From contig SUPR01000045.1 of NCBI GenBank assembly GCA_005191425.1, positions 1-27,631 of the forward strand: DNA of 27,631 nucleotides. The letters are read 5' to 3'. Source of the DNA: Candidatus Helarchaeota ASGARD archaeon Hel_GB_B. GTDB taxonomy: Archaea > Asgardarchaeota > Lokiarchaeia > Helarchaeales > HEL-GB-B. Positions within the stretch are counted from its first letter, which is position 1. Each line of letters opens with the position of its first letter. This document shows positions 1-7,860 of this stretch, one piece after another. Below the pieces are notes generated by a model, which did not search any database, had not been told where the DNA came from, and saw only the letters and a list, made by a program, of their open reading frames with translations. The position numbers and the translations under genes are program-made.

Positions 1-18
1 TAGCTGAGCCACGCCGGC
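1..18 (-). tRNA. 5' end of a tRNA gene, truncated by the window edge; isotype not determinable
   Basis: The reverse complement reads GCCGGCG-TG-GCTCAG-CTA, a typical archaeal acceptor-stem 5' strand, U8, and D-stem/A14-G15 start. It is a GC-rich island in very AT-rich DNA. The anticodon lies outside the window. Confidence 0.7.
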
Positions 19-568
19 TTATTATTTTATTTGCGTTTTTAAAAAAACGATTTTATAATATATAATTTTTTATGAAATAAATTAATAGATCATTTAAAAA
101 ATTTTTTCTTTATTTCTTTAGTAAATAAAGGTTAAGTGAAAATAAAAAGGATAATTAATGAGCATTATCATCTAGAAATCAAAATAAAAAATTGTAAAAT
201 TGACTTGAGGAAATACTATTAATTTAATAATCTTCAATAGGATTATTAAATATTTTTGAATTAAATATAGTGAGTTGGTTAACTGAATTTAAAAGAATAT
301 TCTTTAGGTCATGTAAAAATTAACGATATTATTATTAATAAGAATTAAGTAATCAATTATCTATTACATTGGGTAAAATAAAACTTTTGTTTACAGATTT
401 ATTTCAAAAATATAAATACTCTTTAATCAGTATATTAATTAGATTTTTAAGTAACAGTTTAAATAAGAATAAAGTAGAATTAGAAGTAGGTGTAGAGATA
501 AAATAAATTTTAATCGGCACAAAAATGAATAAATTAGTTTAATTTAAATCTGAGGTCTAACTTTAGAA

Positions 569-2209
569 ATGAAGGATGAAATATATGTTTTCGGGCATAA
601 AAATCCTGATACTGATTCAATTTGTTCTGCAATAGCATATGCTTATTTGCTCAAAAAGATTGGTTATAAAAATGTTATTCCTACTAGATTAGGTGAATTA
701 AATTCTGAGACCAAATATATATTGAAATATTTTAACATCGAACCGCCCATTTTATTAGAGAATGTTGAACCGACTGTTGAAGACTTACAATTAATTATAA
801 AAATACCAAAAATTACACCAGACGACCCAATCATTAAAGCCCTTCAAATCATGATGGATTTGGACATTGGGATGATCCCAATTGTTGACCAAAATGGGAA
901 ATATATTTCTGAATTAACGCTCTCTGATATTTTAAAGGATTATATGGAAAACCTCACAAAATCATTTGAAAAACACGAGACCTATTATAGAGATATTATT
1001 GATGTATTAAATGGTCAAGTAGTTTCAGGGAAATGTAAAGAAAATAAATTACAAATTAAAGGTCGAATTATTTTCGATAGTGGTCTCAGGTTAAACGAAC
1101 AGTGCAATAAGGGCGACATTGTAATAACAGGTACCAATGAATTTTTGCAGTTGAATGCATTTAAATCTAAAGCAGGTTTCATTATAATGACTCAAAATTG
1201 CAAATTGACACCTGAAATGAAAAACTTAGCCGAAAAGAACCAAAGTATTGTTGTAAAAGTATCACAAGATTGTTTTGAAACTATTAAATTACTCAATTTG
1301 ATAATCCCAATTAAAAATCTAATGTCAATTAAATCATTTTATATTTTTCATTCCACGGACAATTTAAAAAACGTCCATGAAAGTATCGAGAACCTTGACT
1401 TAAAGTTCCAGCATTTTCCCGTTGTAGACCACAATAACAAATTATTTGGATTAATTACAAGAGACCTTAATTTTTATCCTAAAAAAGTTATATTAGTAGA
1501 CCACAACGAAATTTTACAAAGCGTAAAAGGGATTAAAAAAGCAAAAATAATTCAAATTATCGATCATCATAAACTTTCAGATATCCAGTCAAATGAACCG
1601 ATTTTTGTCTATTGTAAACCTATTGGTTGTACTGCAACACTAATATGGGAACGATATAAACAAGAAAATATTTCCATAAATAAAAACATAGCTGGAATTA
1701 TGTTATCCGCAATATTATCTGATACACTTCTCTTTACATCACCGACCTGTACAGAAATTGACAAAAAAGCTGCTTATTACCTTGCAGATATTGCAGGTAT
1801 TGATATAGACGATTTTGGCCCAAAAATGATAGAAGCAAGTACTGATACCAAAACAATGTCAATAGACCAGATATTCACCCAAGATCTTAAAATATTTACT
1901 TTTAAAGACAGGAAATTCTGTATTTCTCAGATAACAACAACAAATTATAAGGACATATTAGATCGATTTGATTTTTCTACCTATTTAGACAAAATATGTA
2001 AGACTAAAGGCTATGAATTCGCAATTGTGATGGTAACTGATGTTGTCTTAAATGGCTCTGAAATTATTTTTGAAGGTGAAAGAAAAAATGTCGTTAGAAA
2101 TACTTTTAATATATCAAAAAATAAGACTTCCGAATTTCTAAAAGGTATTGTTTCAAGAAAAAAACAAGTGTTGCCCCCATTATTAGCAAACTTATCAAGA
2201 TACGATTAA
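569..2209 (+). CDS. ppaC: Family II (Mn-dependent, DHH) inorganic pyrophosphatase with CBS-DRTGG-CBS regulatory insert
   Basis: N-terminal GHKNPDTDS, VILVDHNE, IIDHH (DHH motif), SDTLLFTSPT and C-terminal SRKKQV. A central insert carries CBS-like (PIVDQNGK, PVVDHNNKLFGLIT) and DRTGG-like segments. Confidence 0.93.
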   Translation: MKDEIYVFGHKNPDTDSICSAIAYAYLLKKIGYKNVIPTRLGELNSETKYILKYFNIEPPILLENVEPTVEDLQLIIKIPKITPDDPIIKALQIMMDLDIGMIPIVDQNGKYISELTLSDILKDYMENLTKSFEKHETYYRDIIDVLNGQVVSGKCKENKLQIKGRIIFDSGLRLNEQCNKGDIVITGTNEFLQLNAFKSKAGFIIMTQNCKLTPEMKNLAEKNQSIVVKVSQDCFETIKLLNLIIPIKNLMSIKSFYIFHSTDNLKNVHESIENLDLKFQHFPVVDHNNKLFGLITRDLNFYPKKVILVDHNEILQSVKGIKKAKIIQIIDHHKLSDIQSNEPIFVYCKPIGCTATLIWERYKQENISINKNIAGIMLSAILSDTLLFTSPTCTEIDKKAAYYLADIAGIDIDDFGPKMIEASTDTKTMSIDQIFTQDLKIFTFKDRKFCISQITTTNYKDILDRFDFSTYLDKICKTKGYEFAIVMVTDVVLNGSEIIFEGERKNVVRNTFNISKNKTSEFLKGIVSRKKQVLPPLLANLSRYD

Positions 2210-2210
2210 A

Positions 2211-2227
2211 TTTTTTTTAAAAGAAAA
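2211..2227. terminator. Putative bidirectional oligo-T terminator between convergent ppaC and tRNA-Leu
   Basis: T8 run on the + strand (2211-2218) right after the ppaC stop, and TTTTCTTTT on the - strand (2219-2227) just after the tRNA 3' end. Confidence 0.4.
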
Positions 2228-2236
2228 TTATTTGAG

Positions 2237-2358
2237 TGCGGGGAGTGGGTGTTTCGGAAATTAATCATTCGAACCCACGCAGGCTTTCGCTGGTATAAAA
2301 ACCATCTACGCCACTGGGTCCTAAGCCCAGCTCCTTTGACCAACTCGGACATCCCCGC
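2237..2358 (-). tRNA. tRNA-Leu(UAG) with two non-canonical introns (variable arm 2285-2305; T-loop 2251-2267); CCA not encoded
   Basis: Acceptor stem GCGGGGA/TCCCCGC plus discriminator A, D-arm TCCGAGTTGGTCAAAGGA, anticodon arm CTGGG-CTTAGGA-CCCAG, T-stem GTGGG/CCCAC. Removing 21 nt and 17 nt restores an 84-nt archaeal tRNA-Leu with variable arm GGC-GTAG-GCC. Confidence 0.93.
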
Positions 2359-2563
2359 ATAGTTGTTCTATACCACTTTTATTCACCATTATTGAAGAAC
2401 TCATTGCGTTTAAATTAATTACATTAATATCTTTTAATTTTTTCCATTTTATTATCTAAATTTACTTCTGAGTAAAATTCAAATAAATCGTTTAAATTGT
2501 ATCAGAAAAATTTTAAAATTTTCAATCAGTAAATTGGAATTTCCCAGTTTGATGGTGATATGA

Positions 2564-4045
2564 ATGAATGATATATTATTTAATCCACAAAATGTTGCTA
2601 TAATTGGTGCAACTACAAAATATTTTTCTGGTGGATTTTCATTCTTGCAATCCTTGTTAGCTGCAAAATTTCCCAAGGAACGAATTTTTCCTATAAACCC
2701 CAAATATTCTCAAGTTTATGGAATTAAAACATATCCTAATATTTTAGATGTGCCTTATCAAATTGATTATTGTATTATTGCAGTCCCAAAAGAAAAATCA
2801 TTCCAAGCTTTACAGGATTGCGTTAAAAAAGGAGTCAAATTAGTGTGCTGTTTTACTTCTGGATTTTCAGAAATTGGAAATGACGACGATGAGAAAAAGT
2901 TATTGAAAATACTACGAAAAGGTGAAACGCGATTGCTGGGGCCGAATTGTATTGGGTTATGCGTCCCTAAAAAAAGAATAATCTTTAATCAAGGGATTAA
3001 ATCCGGCGAAAATTGGGCTGGTAATATCTCTATTATTTCTCAATCTGGAGGAAATGCTGATGCATTAATGATATATGGTTCTGGGATTGGGATAAAATTT
3101 TGTAAAGCAATTTCATATGGGAATGGTATTGATATTAATGCTGATGAAATTTTAGAATATTTGAAAAATGACCCTGAAACTGAAATTATTATTGAATATC
3201 TTGAAGGGTTTAAAACTGTTCAACAAGGACGAAAATTTTTACAAATTTTAAGGGAAACAACGCCAAAAAAGCCCGTGATAATCTGGCAAGGTGGTACTAC
3301 ACCCGTTGGTAAACGCTCAATATTAAGTCATACTGGTTCGGTCTCAGGTGATAATCGCATTATTAGGGCTGCATTTGAGCAGTCAGGTGCCATTATGATT
3401 AAAAATGGTGGTATGGAACTTCTTTATACTGCGCATTTAATTTCGAGTCTTAAAAAAACTAATAAATTATTAAGTATTGGCTTAAATTTGGGTACTGTTC
3501 TTGGAGGGGGTGGAAATAATGTTTATTTTTCAGATGTTTGTTCCTCTTTTGGTCTAAATTTTCCTGAATTAGACGTGGATACAATTGAACGATTAAAAGG
3601 AATTGTGGGCGAAATTGGGACTTTATTAAGAAATCCAATTGATTTAAACGTAAAAATGTTTGATACATCTTATGTAATTCAAGTAATTAAAGTGCTCAGC
3701 AAATTAAACTATATTGACGTAATAACATTTGAACCTGGACTTGATTGGGGCATAATGAATACATTATTAATGAAAAAATTAGACCCATCAAATAAAATGG
3801 ATTATTATGATATATTATATTCAAATATTAAATCATTAGTTCGGAATATCAAAAAAATTAAAAAGCCATTAATTATAATTTCAGCTCAGACTTTCCATAA
3901 CCCTGAAATAATATCTAAACGAAATGAATTTGAGGATTTCTTTCGTAAGGCTAATATTCCAGTATTTCATGATATTATAACAATGGCAAATGCTATTAAA
4001 TATACTTGGAAATATAAAAACTTCCTATTAAAGGATATGAAATAA
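2564..4045 (+). CDS. acdA: ADP-forming acetate/acyl-CoA ligase alpha subunit-like (CoA-binding) protein
   Basis: CoA-binding N-terminus (PQNVAIIGAT, IFPINPK, RLLGPNCIG), ISQSGG, phospho-His motif SHTGS and RNPIDL. GGTGA ribosome-binding site at 2554-2558. Confidence 0.85.
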   Translation: MNDILFNPQNVAIIGATTKYFSGGFSFLQSLLAAKFPKERIFPINPKYSQVYGIKTYPNILDVPYQIDYCIIAVPKEKSFQALQDCVKKGVKLVCCFTSGFSEIGNDDDEKKLLKILRKGETRLLGPNCIGLCVPKKRIIFNQGIKSGENWAGNISIISQSGGNADALMIYGSGIGIKFCKAISYGNGIDINADEILEYLKNDPETEIIIEYLEGFKTVQQGRKFLQILRETTPKKPVIIWQGGTTPVGKRSILSHTGSVSGDNRIIRAAFEQSGAIMIKNGGMELLYTAHLISSLKKTNKLLSIGLNLGTVLGGGGNNVYFSDVCSSFGLNFPELDVDTIERLKGIVGEIGTLLRNPIDLNVKMFDTSYVIQVIKVLSKLNYIDVITFEPGLDWGIMNTLLMKKLDPSNKMDYYDILYSNIKSLVRNIKKIKKPLIIISAQTFHNPEIISKRNEFEDFFRKANIPVFHDIITMANAIKYTWKYKNFLLKDMK

Positions 4046-4076
4046 CTTTTATTTATGGAATTCTCTCATACATAAC

Positions 4077-5741
4077 GTGATTAAATTGACTAAATTTCGC
4101 TTTAAAATAATCGTTCTCGGCGATGCTAATTCTGGAAAAACCAGCTTTCTAAATAAGTATATTTATGGAAACATGGGGCAGACCCGTCCCAATATTTTTA
4201 TTGGAACTGAATTTTATTCTAAAGATTTAAATATTGATAATTTTAATGTGTCACTTATTTTCTTTGATCCTGGTGGGCAGAGTATTTCCATTTTAAGAAA
4301 TTTGTATTATAAGGACGCTTCTGGGGTTATTTTAACCTTTGATCTTACAAATAGAAAAACATTTGAGAAACTTCCAGAGATTTTTGATCATGTACGGTTA
4401 AATGTTGGCCAAATACCATTTCTCTTGATTGGGACTAAAGCTGATTTAATAGATAAAAGAGAAATTGATTTTGCTGAAGCAAATAAATTTGCCACAGAAA
4501 ACGGAATTATTTATTTTGAAACATCTGCATTCACTGGAATGGGTATAAACGAATCAATTGGATATTTAATAAGGTTAATGATTGGATATTCGACTAAACA
4601 ATTTGAAAAAGGTTCTATCTATCTAGACTTTGAAGGTGGAAAAGCGATTTTATCAATTTCCAGTATAGAAAACTCAAAAATCGAAGTACGTTTATCTACT
4701 CCCCATGGACTTAGTGATTTAAAATCAATTAGAGAGATAGAACCTAATAAATTAAAAGAAATCAACGATAAAATTACTGAATTTACTAATTTATTTAATG
4801 CTTATGTGCGTGCTAAACGATCTGGTTCTGACCAAATTGAAATGCAAAATCATGAAAAAAAGCCCATGACCGAATTAATAAAACTCGGTAAATCAATTCA
4901 TGATTTTGTAATTCCCAATGAAATTAAAAATCAAGTTGATAGTATAAGAATTCCAATAGAATTATTAATTGATGAGAAATTTCTCGGTATATATTGGGAA
5001 TTAATGAATGATGGTAAGGAATTTTATTGTCTTAAATCAATTGGTCGAAAAATTGATTCTAAAAAATTCTTTTTACCAGATATGGATATTTCTACTAAAA
5101 AGTCTATCAATTTTCTAGTAATAGGCAATCCCAGGGATAAAGACCCCGATTATTCTTTACCAGCGGCATCTAAAGAAGTGGAAAAAATAGTAAAATTGCT
5201 AAAACAATTTAAGAATGTTAAGGTCACTCTTTTACATGGAAAAAGTGCGACCAAATCAAATGTTCTAAAAGAATTACGAAAAGGAATTTATAATTTTATA
5301 CATTTTGCTGGTCATGCATCATTTAATATTGAAACCATTGAAGAGAGTAGTCTCTTACTTGCTGACGACCTTTTATATGCGAAGGAAATTATGGAAATAC
5401 TTAGAGATTCGCCACCCATATTAGCATTTATTAATGCATGTGAATCATCAAAAACTATAATACCTGATGGCGAAATTTCATTTGAATCAAACATTTATGG
5501 TCTAGCGTCCGCTTTTTTTAGTGTTGGGACTTTTTATATTGGTGCGCTCTGGCCTATACATGATGATAGTGCCATTGAGATTGCCAGAGAATTCTATAAA
5601 CGACTTTTAAACGGACAATCTATTGGATCTGCGCTTCAAAGTGCCAAATTATATGTTAGAGAAAAATATGGCTATACAGAAATTTCTTGGTTAACTTATA
5701 TTTTATACGGCGACCCGACTTTAACATTAAAAACTTTCTAA
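4077..5741 (+). CDS. Rab-like small GTPase fused to a C-terminal CHAT (caspase/separase-clan) protease domain
   Basis: G1 GDANSGKTS, switch I IGTEF, G3 DPGGQ, YYKDA, LTFDLT, G4 TKAD, G5 ETSA in aa ~1-170. CHAT motifs IYWELM, IHFAGH (His413), FINACES (Cys455), IGALWPIHD and YILYGDP. The true start may be TTG at 4086. Confidence 0.88.
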   Translation: MIKLTKFRFKIIVLGDANSGKTSFLNKYIYGNMGQTRPNIFIGTEFYSKDLNIDNFNVSLIFFDPGGQSISILRNLYYKDASGVILTFDLTNRKTFEKLPEIFDHVRLNVGQIPFLLIGTKADLIDKREIDFAEANKFATENGIIYFETSAFTGMGINESIGYLIRLMIGYSTKQFEKGSIYLDFEGGKAILSISSIENSKIEVRLSTPHGLSDLKSIREIEPNKLKEINDKITEFTNLFNAYVRAKRSGSDQIEMQNHEKKPMTELIKLGKSIHDFVIPNEIKNQVDSIRIPIELLIDEKFLGIYWELMNDGKEFYCLKSIGRKIDSKKFFLPDMDISTKKSINFLVIGNPRDKDPDYSLPAASKEVEKIVKLLKQFKNVKVTLLHGKSATKSNVLKELRKGIYNFIHFAGHASFNIETIEESSLLLADDLLYAKEIMEILRDSPPILAFINACESSKTIIPDGEISFESNIYGLASAFFSVGTFYIGALWPIHDDSAIEIAREFYKRLLNGQSIGSALQSAKLYVREKYGYTEISWLTYILYGDPTLTLKTF

Positions 5742-5842
5742 TTCTGTTTTTCAAACTTATTTTTCCTTTTTCTATAATATTTTTTAAGATATTATCTAAA
5801 TATTATTGAACTTTATTAAATTCCTTCTTATTTTATTATCTG

Positions 5843-6319
5843 ATGATTAAAATGACAACAGCAAAAAAGATTAGTCTAGTAGGCACTGCTGGAGTTGGAA
5901 AAACAACATTAATGAAAATGTTATCCGACAAAAATATACCTAATAACCACCAACCAACAATTGCTGTCGACTTTACAAATATTGATATTAATGGGTACAA
6001 CATCTCTATGTGGGAATTGGGTGGTCAGCAACAGTTCCAATTTATGTGGGATGATTTTATCAAAGGATCAAACTTTATTTGTATAGTTTCTGATAGTACA
6101 AAACAAAATATTGAAGAATCAAAACGAATAATTGAACATTTTAAACATCTTAAAAAAAATATGATGATTATTGCTAATAAACAAGATATGTCCAATGCAC
6201 TTTCTCCGACTAAAATTCAAGAACTATTAGGAATCGAAACTTTTGGAATGGTAGCTATTGATAAAACTAAAAAACAAATGCTATTAAAAATATTGGAAGA
6301 GAAAATGAACCTTTTATAA
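5843..6319 (+). CDS. Stand-alone small GTPase (Arf/Rab-like, Asgard type)
   Basis: G1 GTAGVGKTT, G2 PTIAVDF, G3 variant WELGGQ, G4 ANKQD; G5 region degenerate; 158 aa. Confidence 0.88.
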   Translation: MIKMTTAKKISLVGTAGVGKTTLMKMLSDKNIPNNHQPTIAVDFTNIDINGYNISMWELGGQQQFQFMWDDFIKGSNFICIVSDSTKQNIEESKRIIEHFKHLKKNMMIIANKQDMSNALSPTKIQELLGIETFGMVAIDKTKKQMLLKILEEKMNLL

Positions 6320-6411
6320 TTTTTATTTTTTATGCTAAATTCTATCTATCTATTTATATTCTATTTAATTGTAATGAAATCCACTAAATCTTAAAAGTTA
6401 ACCCGCAAAAA

Positions 6412-6419
6412 TATAAATA
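6412..6419 (+). promoter_or_regulatory. Putative TATA box (TATAAATA) with upstream A-rich BRE-like element for the RPA14-PCNA cluster
   Basis: TATAAATA ends 23 nt before the ATG at 6443 and no SD motif is present, which fits a leaderless transcript. Confidence 0.45.
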
Positions 6420-6442
6420 GTACCTTCATATTATTTTACACC

Positions 6443-6802
6443 ATGGAAAAAAGCTTTTTTCGAGAACCAGCATTAAAGAAAAGGATTAATGATATTACGA
6501 AGGATGACTCTAGAGTCCAAGTCATCGGGACAATTGTTAAATATATCCCAGGTCTTGTTCATGACAGCAATACATTAAGTGAAATCATATTAAGTGATGA
6601 AACCGGAATTATTACCATATTAGTGGACGAATATTTAGATGGTAATTATAAAAAAGGGGACAAAATTAGAGTTTTTGGTCATATAGAGTCAAATGATGAT
6701 GACAAATTAAATCTTAATGCTGAAGTAATTCAAGATATGAACAGTTTAAATATTGAACTTTATAAAAAAATTAGAGAGTTAAGGACTAGAATTAAAGGTT
6801 AG
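6443..6802 (+). CDS. Single OB-fold protein, replication protein A small subunit (RPA14/Rpa3-like)
   Basis: Pattern KKRINDI..DDSRVQVIG, LSDETG, GDKIRVFGHI, LNAEVIQDM..L.IELYKKIREL matches the Thermococcales RPA14 type as I recall it. It sits directly upstream of PCNA. Confidence 0.7.
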   Translation: MEKSFFREPALKKRINDITKDDSRVQVIGTIVKYIPGLVHDSNTLSEIILSDETGIITILVDEYLDGNYKKGDKIRVFGHIESNDDDKLNLNAEVIQDMNSLNIELYKKIRELRTRIKG

Positions 6803-6891
6803 ATTTAACTTTTTTCTGATTAAATAATTTTAAAAAATTATCAAATATATAATATATGAATAATAGATTGATATAATGAGGATATATAAAA

Positions 6892-7713
6892 ATGTTTGAA
6901 TGTAAATTCCGTTCGGGTCAAACGTTTAAAGAATTAATCAATACAATTTCCTCTTTTGTTGAGGACGGTGAATTAGTAGCCACGCCCAATGGACTAGAAT
7001 TGCGTGCGATTGATGAATCAAGGATAGCTATGATTGACCTATTTGTTTCTAAAGATATTTGCGAGACTTATACTTGCGATGAAGATGTAAAGTTAAAAAT
7101 TAATTTCAATGATTTAGATAAAGTAGTTTCAAGGACAAGTGGAAACGAAGAGGTTAATCTTAGATTTTTAGCAGATACTAATAAATTACAAATAAAGTTT
7201 AAAGGTAAATCAACAAGAACTTTTAGCATACCATTAGTGGAGGAAGTGAAATGCGAGTCTATTCAAGGTGCAAGTCTTAGTTCTGATGTTGAAATTAAAA
7301 TCAATGCTTCCACATTATCACAAGCAATAAAAGATGCAAAACTAATAGATGACCTAGCTGACTTCATAGTTCAAAGTAATGGCGAATTTTCTCTCTCTGT
7401 TAATAGTGATAAAGGTGATTTAAGAATTGATTTTGAAGAAAATGCTCAAAGAAACGATGCAAATACCAATGTAATTTCAAAATACTCCTTAGATTACCTG
7501 ACTAAAATTCTAAAGGCTAGTGTCTTATCCGATGAAGTAACTATTGAATTTTCAAAGGAGAACCCTATTGTACTCAAATTCCCTATTTTAAATGACGAAT
7601 CTAATGGTCGAATAATCTATTTCCTAGCACCTCAAGTAGAGGAAGAAGAAATAGATGAAGAATCTGAAGATGAAGAAGTCCCTGAAATTTATGATGAAGA
7701 TACAGAGGAATAA
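6892..7713 (+). CDS. pcn: DNA polymerase sliding clamp PCNA with acidic C-terminal extension
   Basis: GLELRAIDESRIAMIDL, SKYSLDYLTKILKA, VTIEFSKENPIVLKF, IIYFLAP; GAGG ribosome-binding site upstream. Confidence 0.95.
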   Translation: MFECKFRSGQTFKELINTISSFVEDGELVATPNGLELRAIDESRIAMIDLFVSKDICETYTCDEDVKLKINFNDLDKVVSRTSGNEEVNLRFLADTNKLQIKFKGKSTRTFSIPLVEEVKCESIQGASLSSDVEIKINASTLSQAIKDAKLIDDLADFIVQSNGEFSLSVNSDKGDLRIDFEENAQRNDANTNVISKYSLDYLTKILKASVLSDEVTIEFSKENPIVLKFPILNDESNGRIIYFLAPQVEEEEIDEESEDEEVPEIYDEDTEE

Positions 7714-7860
7714 TAACCACTTTTTAACATTAATCGGTAAAATATTTTTAACTTTAATTTTTAAAATAACCCATCATTTTTTACAAAATAATAAATCTCC
7801 TAGTTAAACTATATATATAAAAGGTAATTTTTACTAAAAAAAGAATTTAAGGAAGATTTC

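Noticed and set aside
19-568. 550-nt AT-rich intergenic region as a replication origin or ncRNA
   Set aside because: No ORB-like repeats, no adjacent cdc6/orc1, no GC-rich stems and no credible ORF. It fits divergent promoters for the tRNA and ppaC.
2560-2571. Mini-ORF ATG-AAT-GAA-TGA overlapping the acdA start
   Set aside because: The first ATG is only 1 nt from the SD motif, too close to be used; probably a by-product of the ATGA repeats.
4077-5741. CHAT protease as part of a CRISPR type III-E (Craspase) or other defence island
   Set aside because: No CRISPR repeats, cas genes, TPR arrays or other defence genes in the window; the neighbours are housekeeping genes.
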